A stretch of 55,338 nucleotides of DNA from Bacteroidota bacterium (GTDB taxonomy: Bacteria; Bacteroidota; Bacteroidia; Chitinophagales; Chitinophagaceae). The notes below the pieces were generated by a model. That model saw nothing but the letters and a program-made list of their open reading frames with translations, was not told where the DNA came from and did no database searches. Where the stretch lies: NCBI GenBank assembly GCA_005791465.1, contig SXWI01000046.1, positions 1 through 55,338 on the forward strand. Reading direction: 5' to 3'. Positions 10,717-20,621 of the stretch are shown here, one piece after another (within the stretch, counting starts at the first letter, position 1; each line of letters begins with the position of its first letter). The translations under genes were made by a program, and so were the position numbers.

Positions 10717-11223
10717 ATGAAACTAGCATATCAAACGCTACTCCCTACGGACATTTCGAAATCCTCCCGCGTATGGATTTATCAAGCTACCAGAATTTTT
10801 TCAATACAAGAGGCGCTGGAAATTGAAGATCGCCTCGAACAGTTCACACAAAATTGGCAGTCGCATGGAGCTCCCGTTAAAGCAGTTGGCTTACTTTTAT
10901 TCGGCCAATTCATTGTTCTGATTGCTGATGAGACTAATATTCCAGTAGGAGGATGCAGCACAGATAGCTCAGTTCGTGAAATAAAAAAAATAGAACAAGT
11001 TTACGGCGTTGGCCTTTTCGACCGTACACAATTAGCCTTTATAATAAAGGATAAAGTAGAGCTCCTACCAATCGCCCAATTCGAATATGCCTTCGAAAAG
11101 AATTTTCTAACTAAAGACACGCTCTATTTCAATAACACAGTGGGACACCTGGCTGAATTTGAAAATAATTGGATAATCCCCATTGAAAAAAGTTGGCTTC
11201 AGAAAAAAATAAATAACCGCTAA
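10717..11223 (+). CDS. Conserved Bacteroidota hypothetical protein
   Basis: SRVWIYQ, WQSHG, GGCSTDSS, FDR motifs; coupled to the CCG gene. Confidence 0.7.
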   Translation: MKLAYQTLLPTDISKSSRVWIYQATRIFSIQEALEIEDRLEQFTQNWQSHGAPVKAVGLLLFGQFIVLIADETNIPVGGCSTDSSVREIKKIEQVYGVGLFDRTQLAFIIKDKVELLPIAQFEYAFEKNFLTKDTLYFNNTVGHLAEFENNWIIPIEKSWLQKKINNR

Positions 11224-11228
11224 TAGGC

Positions 11229-13631
11229 TCAGCCTTTCGGCGATGGTTTAGACTTACCTTTTTTAGTGCCCGAGAATATATAGGCTACCGAAAACCGATA
11301 ATTACGCGTAAAAGTAACATTGAAGCTTTCTGCTGTAAAATTGGGGCCATATGTAAAATTTCGACGTTCTTGATTCATAAAAGGATCGATCACATTGAAA
11401 GTGCCTATTAATTTCTTAGCAAAGAATTTACCTTGAATACCCATTGTTAAACTAGTATTCCAACGAGCAAAGCCTTGTGGAGTGGCAAAACGATTCAAGT
11501 TGAAATTAGAAGTCAGATTCCAGTTTTCGTGAGGAGTCCATTGCTGACCCAATGTGGTTGTTAAGGATGGGCCATTTCTAAATTTCCTTACCAGTCGGTC
11601 ATAAAGACTGTATTTAATATACGTGAAACTTGCACTGGCGTTCAATTTAACCTTCTTAGCAACAGTATACCCATTCCAAGTACTAGCCTCAAACTCCTGG
11701 CGGCTGCTTATATTTTCCCAGGTAATTTCCGTTTTCCCTCCCTCTACCAGCGTTCGTACTTGATTAAAAATATCATCAACTTGATGGTATCCCAATCCAA
11801 GATTCAGAAAATACTTTGCCCTGGTTCTGCTAAGCACCAGGTTGTAATGATCAGTTGTGGAGGCTAGCAAATTGGGATTTCCAAAGCGCAGGTTAAAAGG
11901 ATCTGAGAACTCAAGCACTGGATTAAGCTGCTGCATCCCCGGGCGATTGATACTTCTTCTAAACGATAGTGTTGCACTAAAACGATCCTTCCATGATTTA
12001 TTAAAATTAAAAAAAGGAAGCCAGGTTGGATATTGATTTGCAACTTGTTTATTTTCATTTCGAATATCAAAACCAATCAAGGTTTTTTCGAGGGAGGTTC
12101 CAGCAGTTACACTCAGATTCTCTCCAATTACTTTTTTTATGGAAAGTCTCAGGTTATAAATTTCCTGAGAAAAAATAAAGTCATTACTTAACAGTGGTAA
12201 AGGAAGAAAGATTTGTTCTGGCATTTTTTTATAGGAAGTAGCCGTAACGGCATGTGTTGATATGTAATTGTAAAATGCCCCTAAAGACAAACTTAGTTTA
12301 GCAGGTTGCCAGTTTTTATCATAGGAAAATCGTAGTGCTCCTCCTCGATTCCAATTCTCCAATAGTTGTCTTTGCAAAGAATCCTCCCTACTGATACCGC
12401 CGTCTGGACGTAAATAATTTTGCAAAAAATCACGGTTACTCTGCATTTGACCACCATTCCAATTTGTGAAAATCCTAAGCGTCTGCCCTGCTTTTGTTTT
12501 TAACGTGTAATTAAGCTGTAGGGACGGCGTCCAATTTGTATTGCTGCTCAATACAGAACGATCGGTTACTCTCCATACCGTATTGAATCTGTTTATGGAG
12601 GTAAATCGGGTTATAGAGTTCTGTGCTGCCTCATTATGATTTAATTGAATAACTCCATTAAAAGCAGATCGAGGACTCAGTTGAAAATCTAGATTAACGC
12701 GTAGTGAGGGACGTGCATTTTGGCTAGTATTTTGATTGGTAGTATTCAAATAATTAACTGAATCAGTATACCTGTTTTGCCTGGTTGAATACCCTTGTCC
12801 CTGAAACCTATTTTGATTCCATCCACCGTTGACAGCTAGAGACAAACCCTTTTTCCTATAGTTATAACTACCATTTGCCGAAAACTCACCACGAGTGCCT
12901 ACCGTAAACCCAATCCTACCACTTTTCCCAACTTTTCCTTTACGCATAACAATATTAATCACTCCGCCTTGCTCATTGGCATACTGGGGTGGAGGATTAG
13001 TCATTACCTCGATTTTTTCGATAGAACTTCCGGGTAAAGATTCCAATAGGTCCTGAAGCTGCTGCAAATTCAACTCAACGGGTTTATCATCAATCAAGAT
13101 GCGTGGCTCTTTTCCCCTTACTGTAATTTTCCCATCCGCATCCTTGACCACCAACGGCATTTGTGTTAACAACTCCCCTGCAGTTGAACCAGCAGCAGTT
13201 GCGGACTCTGTCACATTAAAAGTAATATTACCCTCACGAGATTCAATTAGTGGCTTTTCAGCATAGATAACCACTTGTTCTAATTCGCTTATTTCATTGT
13301 TTTTCAATATGATATCAGCTATATTAAAATCTAATCTTTCGGTTCGAATATGAATACTATCAATTCTTAATACTCTTTTCCCGATATAGCTAATATTAAG
13401 AGAATAATACCCTGTTTTTAATAGCGAAAATTTGAATTCGCCTTTTGAATCTGTTTGCAATGTTGCAAACAGAACAGAATCAGTAATGTAAAACAGATTA
13501 ACGGTAGCACTGGGTAAAGGCTCCGTCTTTTCGCTTAAGATATTACCAGACAATACGCCTCTGTTTCCAGGCTGGGCATGGATAATATTCCCAAAAATCA
13601 AAATACTAACGAGTAATAAAAAATGCTTCAA
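11229..13631 (-). CDS. Outer-membrane beta-barrel / TonB-dependent receptor-like protein
   Basis: Signal peptide, carboxypeptidase-like N-domain, plug motif IEKIEVMTNPP..Y..GGVINIV, GNPNL, amphipathic strands. Confidence 0.85.
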   Translation of the reverse strand: MKHFLLLVSILIFGNIIHAQPGNRGVLSGNILSEKTEPLPSATVNLFYITDSVLFATLQTDSKGEFKFSLLKTGYYSLNISYIGKRVLRIDSIHIRTERLDFNIADIILKNNEISELEQVVIYAEKPLIESREGNITFNVTESATAAGSTAGELLTQMPLVVKDADGKITVRGKEPRILIDDKPVELNLQQLQDLLESLPGSSIEKIEVMTNPPPQYANEQGGVINIVMRKGKVGKSGRIGFTVGTRGEFSANGSYNYRKKGLSLAVNGGWNQNRFQGQGYSTRQNRYTDSVNYLNTTNQNTSQNARPSLRVNLDFQLSPRSAFNGVIQLNHNEAAQNSITRFTSINRFNTVWRVTDRSVLSSNTNWTPSLQLNYTLKTKAGQTLRIFTNWNGGQMQSNRDFLQNYLRPDGGISREDSLQRQLLENWNRGGALRFSYDKNWQPAKLSLSLGAFYNYISTHAVTATSYKKMPEQIFLPLPLLSNDFIFSQEIYNLRLSIKKVIGENLSVTAGTSLEKTLIGFDIRNENKQVANQYPTWLPFFNFNKSWKDRFSATLSFRRSINRPGMQQLNPVLEFSDPFNLRFGNPNLLASTTDHYNLVLSRTRAKYFLNLGLGYHQVDDIFNQVRTLVEGGKTEITWENISSRQEFEASTWNGYTVAKKVKLNASASFTYIKYSLYDRLVRKFRNGPSLTTTLGQQWTPHENWNLTSNFNLNRFATPQGFARWNTSLTMGIQGKFFAKKLIGTFNVIDPFMNQERRNFTYGPNFTAESFNVTFTRNYRFSVAYIFSGTKKGKSKPSPKG

Positions 13632-13689
13632 ACCAATGTCTTAGACGCCAAATATACCTCTATCATTCATCGAAAAAGTTAAAGAACCG

Positions 13690-13702
13690 TGACAACCTGT
13701 CA
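13690..13702. promoter_or_regulatory. Palindromic operator-like site TGACA-N3-TGTCA
   Basis: TGACAACCTGTCA in the divergent intergenic region upstream of miaB. Confidence 0.45.
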
Positions 13703-13720
13703 GATTCGGGACGCTCTTGG

Positions 13721-13728
13721 TATATTTG
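13721..13728 (+). promoter_or_regulatory. Bacteroidota -7 promoter box of miaB operon
   Basis: TATATTTG, 20 nt before the miaB ATG. Confidence 0.65.
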
Positions 13729-13748
13729 CGGCTCCCCAAATTTAGTAT

Positions 13749-15176
13749 ATGGAGGAATTGATACTAGATAAAACACAAGACGAGACCAGGCAAGGCGAGG
13801 CTTATGCCACTACTGACTTATTTCAAAAGAAATTCGAACGCCATTTCTATATAGAGAGTTATGGATGCCAAATGAATTTTGCAGATAGTGAGGTGGTAGC
13901 GTCTATTCTTCAAGAGGCTGGATTTGGCCCTACCAGAAATGTAGAGGATGCTGATCTTATTTTCATAAACACTTGTTCAATCAGGGAAAAAGCGGAGCAG
14001 ACCGTTCGGAAGCGCCTTACAAATTTCAAAAGACTAAAACGCCAAAAAAAGTCTCTTTTAATTGGGGTATTGGGATGCATGGCCGAAAGACTTAAATCTA
14101 AATTTTTAGAAGAAGAAAAGTTAGTTGATTTAGTTATTGGGCCCGATGCCTATCGCTCGCTTCCCCATTTAATTGAAGAGGCCGCAGGTGGCCAAAAAGC
14201 AGTAAACGTGTTGCTAAGCCGTGAGGAAACTTACGCAGATATTTCACCAGTACGTATAGATAGTAACGGTATAAGTGCATTTGTAAGTATTATGCGTGGC
14301 TGCAACAATATGTGCTCATTCTGTGTAGTCCCATTCACACGTGGAAGAGAAAGAAGCAGAGATCCGCAAAGTATTATCCAGGAATGTGAAGATTTATATA
14401 AAAATGGCTACAGAGAAATTACACTCCTTGGGCAAAATGTTGACTCGTATTATTACGCTTCCTCATTTGAGTCATTTCCACCCATCACATTTGCCAACCT
14501 GTTAGAAAAAGTCGCACAAATTTCCCCTGAACTATTAGTGCGTTTTTCTACCTCACATCCTAAGGACATTAGCGATGAGGTCTTACACACGATGGCAATG
14601 CATGAGAATATCTGTAAATACATTCATTTGCCCGTACAAAGCGGATCTAGCCGGGTGTTGCAATTGATGAACAGAACCTATACCCGGGAATGGTATATGG
14701 CAAAAGTAGACCGAATACGAACGCTGCTACCGGATTGCGGAATAAGCGCTGATATTATCACAGGATTTTGCACAGAAGATGAAAAAGACCATCAAGACAC
14801 CCTTTCCATCATGGAATACTGCAAATATGATTTTTCCTACATGTTCATCTACAGTGAACGCCCAGGCACCTTGGCAGCGCGTAGATATGCTGATGATGTA
14901 CCTGAGGATATAAAGAAAAGGAGGTTGGAAGAAATTGTTTCAATGCAAAATAAATTATCACTGGAGAGTAATCAACGAGATATAGGAAAATCTTATAAGG
15001 TGTTGATTGAAGGTGACAGCAAAAAAAATAAAGAAGAATGGAAAGCCAGAAATTCACAAAATAAAGTGGTGGTATTTCCAAAAGAAAATTACACGTATAA
15101 AAAGGGTGACTTTGTTACAGTAAAAATTGCCGATTGTACTCAAGGTACCTTGAAAGGCAATATCGTAGCCAACTAA
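13749..15176 (+). CDS. miaB: tRNA-2-methylthio-N6-dimethylallyladenosine synthase
   Basis: [19 protein letters not shown], radical [30 protein letters not shown] domain. Confidence 0.96.
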   Translation: MEELILDKTQDETRQGEAYATTDLFQKKFERHFYIESYGCQMNFADSEVVASILQEAGFGPTRNVEDADLIFINTCSIREKAEQTVRKRLTNFKRLKRQKKSLLIGVLGCMAERLKSKFLEEEKLVDLVIGPDAYRSLPHLIEEAAGGQKAVNVLLSREETYADISPVRIDSNGISAFVSIMRGCNNMCSFCVVPFTRGRERSRDPQSIIQECEDLYKNGYREITLLGQNVDSYYYASSFESFPPITFANLLEKVAQISPELLVRFSTSHPKDISDEVLHTMAMHENICKYIHLPVQSGSSRVLQLMNRTYTREWYMAKVDRIRTLLPDCGISADIITGFCTEDEKDHQDTLSIMEYCKYDFSYMFIYSERPGTLAARRYADDVPEDIKKRRLEEIVSMQNKLSLESNQRDIGKSYKVLIEGDSKKNKEEWKARNSQNKVVVFPKENYTYKKGDFVTVKIADCTQGTLKGNIVAN

Positions 15177-15193
15177 CCTATTCATTACTCAAA

Positions 15194-16468
15194 ATGGATA
15201 TACAAAGCATAAAAAACAGATTTGGGATCATAGGAAATGCTCCTGCACTAAATTATGCGATGCAGGTAGCCTCTCAAGTTGCCGCCACGGATTTAACTGT
15301 ACTGATCAATGGCGAAAGCGGTGTGGGTAAAGAAGTATTTTCACAGATCATTCATTCCCTATCAGCTCGTAAACACAATCCTTTCATTGCAGTTAACTGC
15401 GGTGCCATTCCAGAAGGAACAATCGATTCTGAGCTATTTGGCCACGAAAAAGGATCATTCACAGGTGCTACCGAAGCGCGAAAGGGGTACTTTGAAACGG
15501 TCAATGGCGGCACCATTTTTTTAGATGAAATTGGAGAGTTACCACTGGGCACGCAAGCAAGGCTATTAAGAGTACTTGAAACAGGTGAATATATACGGGT
15601 AGGCTCTTCAAAAGTTCAAAAAACCGACGTACGCGTGGTGGCCGCAACAAACAGAGAATTATTGCAGCAAGTACAAAATGGAAAATTCAGAGAGGATCTT
15701 TATTACAGACTAAGCACCGTTCCTATTCGCGTCCCCTCGCTGCATGATCGTCCGGAGGATATCCATTTGCTATTTAGAAAATTTGCCGCTGACTTTGCAA
15801 CTAAATACAAAACAGCATCTGTACAGTTGGACGAGGAAGCTAGGCAGGTGTTATTGAATTATCCCTGGCCCGGGAATGTGCGCGAACTGAAGAACATAGC
15901 AGAACAGATTTCAGTACTCGCCTCCGAAAAATTAATTACGGCGGAGCATTTAAACAAATATTTACAGCCCTTCTCCACTAACCGTATGCCCGTATGGACA
16001 GGCAACAATAGTAATCAACCTGAATTTTCCAATGAGAGAGAGATCCTCTACAAGCTATTCTTTGACATGAAAAAAGATGTCAACGAACTAAAAAGGATGT
16101 TTGTTGAATTGCTAAACAACCCAGAGCTTGCGGCATCCTATCCTCAGCTAGCAAGAAAATTACATGAGTTAAATACTACTGCACCTGATTTATTACCCTC
16201 TCCGCCTGTGTCGGCAACTAGTCCCATAACACCTGCCGTACATACTGCCACTGTTCCGCTGTTACCCGCAGGTTTCTCCCACCCCAATTCAGAAATCCAT
16301 GAACACATAGAGGTGGACGAGAGTCTCAATATCATGGAAAAAGAAAAAGAATTAATTCTAAAGGCACTTAAAAAACATAAAGGGAAAAGAAAGGATGCAG
16401 CACTCGATCTGGGAATTAGCGAAAGAACATTATACAGAAAACTAAAAGAGTACGACATTGAAGAATAA
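15194..16468 (+). CDS. Sigma54-interacting AAA+ / Fis-HTH regulator with no sensory domain
   Basis: GESGVGKE, SELFGHEKGSFTGA, FLDEIGE, FREDLYYRL, WPGNVREL, LGISERTLYRK; ATG start at 15194. Confidence 0.92.
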   Translation: MDIQSIKNRFGIIGNAPALNYAMQVASQVAATDLTVLINGESGVGKEVFSQIIHSLSARKHNPFIAVNCGAIPEGTIDSELFGHEKGSFTGATEARKGYFETVNGGTIFLDEIGELPLGTQARLLRVLETGEYIRVGSSKVQKTDVRVVAATNRELLQQVQNGKFREDLYYRLSTVPIRVPSLHDRPEDIHLLFRKFAADFATKYKTASVQLDEEARQVLLNYPWPGNVRELKNIAEQISVLASEKLITAEHLNKYLQPFSTNRMPVWTGNNSNQPEFSNEREILYKLFFDMKKDVNELKRMFVELLNNPELAASYPQLARKLHELNTTAPDLLPSPPVSATSPITPAVHTATVPLLPAGFSHPNSEIHEHIEVDESLNIMEKEKELILKALKKHKGKRKDAALDLGISERTLYRKLKEYDIEE

Positions 16469-16988
16469 AATTACATACAAGTCCGCCCCCCTGCTTTTTT
16501 TAATAGCAGCCATTCTTCTTTTTCTGCAAATAGGATTAAATAGTTGTGGCGTTTATCGTTTTACTGACGCCTCCGTACCAGACAGCATTAAAACGGTGAA
16601 GGTAAATTTCATCGAAAACAAAGCCTCCTACATCAATCCACAATTAAGTCCACGACTGACAGATAAAGTCAGACAAAAAATTGTAGCGCAAACAAGACTT
16701 GTTCAAACTAACAATGAAGCAGATTGGGAAATTAGTGGAGCCATCACGCAGTACAGTTTTTCTACCTCGGCGATTGCTGGACAGCAATCCGCAAATAACA
16801 GGTTAAGCGTAAGTTTACAAGTAAGCGTATATGATAGAAAAGCTGATGAAACTCGAAAAATAGATGTAAGCAGAAGTTTTGAGTTCAAAGGAAGTCTATC
16901 CGTACAAGCTGCCGAAGCCTCTCTTGGTGATGAATTGGTTCGTACTTTAGCCGACGACATATTTAATAAAGTATTTTCGAATTGGTAA
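16458..16988 (+). CDS. lptE: LptE family lipoprotein
   Basis: Lipobox LNSC, GVYRFT, C-terminal DIFNKVFSNW; expected synteny. Confidence 0.75.
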   Translation: MKNKITYKSAPLLFLIAAILLFLQIGLNSCGVYRFTDASVPDSIKTVKVNFIENKASYINPQLSPRLTDKVRQKIVAQTRLVQTNNEADWEISGAITQYSFSTSAIAGQQSANNRLSVSLQVSVYDRKADETRKIDVSRSFEFKGSLSVQAAEASLGDELVRTLADDIFNKVFSNW

Positions 16989-16991
16989 TTC

Positions 16992-17660
16992 ATGCAGCAC
17001 CCCCTCTCTACTATATCATTGAACCTTTTGGGCAAAGCGTCTGCCGAGGAATGCACGTTGACAGAAATTAAAAAACTTTGCGCAGACTACCCTTGGCTAG
17101 CAACGGCCAGGCTACTTTTAATACATAAGCTTAAGTCTTCACAAGATCCATCTTGGCAAGCTGCATATGAACAAGCTCAACTATTTTTCCCCACTACCAA
17201 CTGGCTTAATTTGTTACTGGAGTCAACCACACAAAGACCAACGTTTGTGGCATCGCTGCCCAGCGCAAGTAAGGTAATTCGACAAGAAGCACCGCTGGCT
17301 TTTGAACCCTACCACACCATCGATTATTTTGCTTCCCAAGGAATTCAATTTAAACCAGAAGATATACCATCCGATAAATTTGGACAACAGCTTAAAAGCT
17401 TTTCAGAGTGGATAAAAGCCATGAAGCGCCTTCCCCTCTCGGAAATGGGAAAATCAATAGATCCAAAAGAGGAAAAAAAAGTAGAGCAACTAGCTGGCAA
17501 TTCCTTGCAACAAAATGAAGTGGTAACGGAGGCCATGGCAGCAATATGGATTAAGCAAGGCAACCCTGCAAAAGCCAGAGAGATCTACACTAAATTAAGT
17601 TTGCTAGAGCCCTCGAAAAGCGCTTATTTTGCTAACCGAATCAATGATTTAAACACATAA
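16992..17660 (+). CDS. Conserved hypothetical protein with C-terminal TPR-like motif
   Basis: VVTEAMAAIWIKQG..KAREIYTKLSLLEPSKSAYFA. Confidence 0.75.
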   Translation: MQHPLSTISLNLLGKASAEECTLTEIKKLCADYPWLATARLLLIHKLKSSQDPSWQAAYEQAQLFFPTTNWLNLLLESTTQRPTFVASLPSASKVIRQEAPLAFEPYHTIDYFASQGIQFKPEDIPSDKFGQQLKSFSEWIKAMKRLPLSEMGKSIDPKEEKKVEQLAGNSLQQNEVVTEAMAAIWIKQGNPAKAREIYTKLSLLEPSKSAYFANRINDLNT

Positions 17661-17662
17661 TC

Positions 17663-18013
17663 ATGACCATCTTATTTGTAATACTAATTGTTGTTGCCGC
17701 CCTGTTCTTAGGTTTTTTTGTTCTAGTACAAAACCCAAAAGGTGGTGGCTTGTCAGGTAATATCGCTGGCTTTAGCACCCAGTTTATGGGCGTTAAACAA
17801 ACAACTGATGTACTCGAAAGAGGTACCTGGATCTTTGGCGCCGTAGTAGCCTTATTGTGCCTGTTTTCAGTATTCTTTATTCAGGGGGGTGCTAGCAACC
17901 AGAGCGATAGAGCAAAGGAAGCTAGCGGCTTGACGGTTCCCACACAGGCTTCCCCTGCTCCTGCATCAACCTTGCCAACTCCAGCACCCGCCCCTACTCA
18001 ACCTCAAAAATAA
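17663..18013 (+). CDS. secG: Preprotein translocase subunit SecG
   Basis: VLVQNPKGGGLS, two TMs, LERGTW, Pro-rich tail. Confidence 0.92.
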   Translation: MTILFVILIVVAALFLGFFVLVQNPKGGGLSGNIAGFSTQFMGVKQTTDVLERGTWIFGAVVALLCLFSVFFIQGGASNQSDRAKEASGLTVPTQASPAPASTLPTPAPAPTQPQK

Positions 18014-18031
18014 TCTTACAACATAAAGAGG

Positions 18032-18062
18032 AAACCCCACGATAATCGTGGGGTTTTTTTTT
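18032..18062 (+). terminator. Intrinsic terminator after secG
   Basis: AAACCCCACGAT/ATCGTGGGGTTT stem followed by a T run. Confidence 0.85.
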
Positions 18063-18073
18063 CTTAAATTGGA

Positions 18074-19090
18074 GTGATGCGTTTAAAACATATTTCATTC
18101 GCCATACTTATTTGCAGCATAGCTGTAGCAGGATGGATCGCATGGGGACTTTTCGGGCCAACCCTATCCTCGAAACAAAAGTATCTTTACATCGAGCAGT
18201 CAACCCCAAGCGCACAACTATTAGAATCCATTAAAGAAAAAGAAATACTACAATCAAACTATTGGGTTAAAAGCCTTCTTGAATGGTGGGGAGTCGATAC
18301 AGTCAGAAAGGGAAGATATAAAATTTCGACAGGCATGACCGCCTTTCAGTTAGCGAGAAATCTTCGAAATGGCAGACAGACTTTTGTAAAACTACCCATC
18401 AATAAGATTAGAACTATCGAAGAGCTAGCGGGCCGCATCGGAAATAGGATTGACTCTAAAGTTGACTCCCTACAACTACTCCACTATTTACACAATCAGG
18501 ATTCAATCAAAAAATTTGGCGTGAACCCCCAAACCCTTCTTGCTTTAACATTGCCCTATACATACGAATTAGGGTGGGCAGAGAATCCCACCGAAATAAT
18601 AGAACGATTTTACAAGCGTTGGAATCAATTCTGGACAGACGATAGAATTCAAAAAGCAAGAGAGAAAAAACTAAACCCTATTGAAGTATCCATATTGGCT
18701 TCTATTGTGGAGGAGGAAACTAATAATAAAGAGGATCGCTATTTAATTGCCAGTACGTATTTAAACCGCCTTCGGATAGGAATGAAACTCCAGGCGGATC
18801 CCACTGCCAAGTTTGCAAGCAGAGATTTTAAATTAAATCGAATCATGTACGGCCATCTTAAGATCAATTCCCCCTATAACACCTATCTCTATTCAGGGCT
18901 CCCACCAGGCCCTATATGTACCCCTTCCATACAAGCAATAGATGCTGTATTGGAAGCGCCTGAAACCAATTATTTGTTCTTTGTAGCAAGTTGGAGATTT
19001 GATGGAAGAAGTTTATTCTCGTCAACGTACAAAGATCATCAGGCCTATGTTAAATTATTTCATGAGGCACAACGCAAAAGATTAGAATGA
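18074..19090 (+). CDS. mltG: Endolytic transglycosylase MltG
   Basis: LASIVEEET, YLNRLRIGMKLQADPT, SPYNTY, GLPPGPI, YLFFV. Confidence 0.93.
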   Translation: MMRLKHISFAILICSIAVAGWIAWGLFGPTLSSKQKYLYIEQSTPSAQLLESIKEKEILQSNYWVKSLLEWWGVDTVRKGRYKISTGMTAFQLARNLRNGRQTFVKLPINKIRTIEELAGRIGNRIDSKVDSLQLLHYLHNQDSIKKFGVNPQTLLALTLPYTYELGWAENPTEIIERFYKRWNQFWTDDRIQKAREKKLNPIEVSILASIVEEETNNKEDRYLIASTYLNRLRIGMKLQADPTAKFASRDFKLNRIMYGHLKINSPYNTYLYSGLPPGPICTPSIQAIDAVLEAPETNYLFFVASWRFDGRSLFSSTYKDHQAYVKLFHEAQRKRLE

Positions 19091-20037
19091 AAGGGAAAAA
19101 TAAATTAGTTGACTTCTTGATCCAATTACCTTTTGTAAACTGGTTGATTCATAAAAGCAAGATCACTACGTTGCCTGGATTTTCAGGGATTCCTATTTAT
19201 CAAGTAGTTTCATTTTTTATTCGGCAGGTCCAAACAATTGGCATGACAGAACGCGCCTCAGCCATTGCTTTCAATTTTGTAATGGCAATCCCTCCTGCAA
19301 CTATTTTTCTATTTACTTTAATTCCTTACCTGCCGATCACACAATCCCTTCAACAAGAACTCTATAAACTAATAAAAGATATAATTCCCGGAGAAAGAAA
19401 CAATGCCGTGCTGATTAACTTTTTACAGGATTTCATCAATAACCCAAGAAATGGCTTGCTTTCAATCGGCTTTATTCTTTCCTTATATTTTTCCTCCAAT
19501 GCCATGATGGGGATCATGCGCTCCTTTGATAAAAACTACGCCGGTTTTAAAAAAAGATCCAATTGGCAACGCAGAAAAGCAGCTTTACGTTTAACGGTGT
19601 TACTGTATGTATTTGTGATGGCTTCGCTGGTAGCATTAATTGCACGGGAAGTGGTGCTAGAATGGCTTGGTATTGAAAATGCCAGCTTACGTGCCCTGCT
19701 ATCTAACCTTCGGTGGAGTGTTATATTTCTTTTATTCTTTGGCTGCATTTCATCAATCTACAGACTAGCTCCCTCCGTTCACAAGAAATGGAAATTAATC
19801 AACCCAGGCTCAATAGTAGCAACTAGCTTGATGTTGATCACATCTGGTGCACTTTCATGGTGGGTCGCAAATTTTTCAAACTACAATCAACTATATGGCT
19901 CTATCAGTACCGTACTGATCATCATGATACTGATCTTTATTAATTCGTTGATTCTATTAATTGGTTTTGAATTAAACGTAAGCATCTACTCATTAAAATC
20001 TGCTCGTGCAGATGAAAGATTAGATGCAGAGAATTAA
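19087..20037 (+). CDS. YihY/virulence factor BrkB family membrane protein
   Basis: RASAIAFNF, YNQLYGSI, GFELN, multiple TMs. Confidence 0.88.
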   Translation: MKGKNKLVDFLIQLPFVNWLIHKSKITTLPGFSGIPIYQVVSFFIRQVQTIGMTERASAIAFNFVMAIPPATIFLFTLIPYLPITQSLQQELYKLIKDIIPGERNNAVLINFLQDFINNPRNGLLSIGFILSLYFSSNAMMGIMRSFDKNYAGFKKRSNWQRRKAALRLTVLLYVFVMASLVALIAREVVLEWLGIENASLRALLSNLRWSVIFLLFFGCISSIYRLAPSVHKKWKLINPGSIVATSLMLITSGALSWWVANFSNYNQLYGSISTVLIIMILIFINSLILLIGFELNVSIYSLKSARADERLDAEN

Positions 20038-20038
20038 T

Positions 20039-20620
20039 TTACTCCAATTCCCAATCCTTCAACAATTGTAGTCGAGCTGCTCCTTCCTGCGAATTTCCCT
20101 GATAATGACCAGCAATTTCCTTTTGTCGAAAGGCTTCATATAAGGTGACTGCACAAGCTACGCTGATATTTAAAGACTGAATAATCCCAACTTGAGGAAT
20201 CACAAAATTACCATCTGCCATAGCTCTAATTTCCTCGCTAACCCCACTGTGTTCATTCCCAAATACTAATGCAATTGGATTTGCAAAATCTACTTTATAC
20301 AAGGGAGTAGAATCTTCACCAAGATTTGTAGTCAATATTTTCAGTCCGCGTTCACGAATGGCAGCAAAGCACAGTGCAGTATCTTCAAATTGATGAACTG
20401 TAAGCCACTTAGCCGCACTAGATGAACTTCTGGCACCCCACTTTTTATGTCGAGGAATCTTAGTATTCAAGATATAAATCTCTTGCACCCCAACCGCATC
20501 GCAGGTACGCATTACTGCAGATATATTATGTGGATCAAATACATTCTCCAACACAACAGTCAAATCAAATTGCCTGTGTATTAAAACGGAACTAAGTTTA
20601 TCAAAACGAGCTGGAGTCAT
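20039..20620 (-). CDS. trmH: TrmH family SPOUT RNA methyltransferase
   Basis: LENVFDPHNISAVMRTCDAVG, FGNEHSGVS, SLNISVA. Confidence 0.85.
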   Translation of the reverse strand: MTPARFDKLSSVLIHRQFDLTVVLENVFDPHNISAVMRTCDAVGVQEIYILNTKIPRHKKWGARSSSSAAKWLTVHQFEDTALCFAAIRERGLKILTTNLGEDSTPLYKVDFANPIALVFGNEHSGVSEEIRAMADGNFVIPQVGIIQSLNISVACAVTLYEAFRQKEIAGHYQGNSQEGAARLQLLKDWELE

Positions 20621-20621
20621 A

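Noticed and set aside
13717-13730. Sigma54 -24/-12 promoter (TGG...TTGC) upstream of miaB
   Set aside because: GG-to-GC spacing is 7 nt rather than 10; better explained as the TAnnTTTG box
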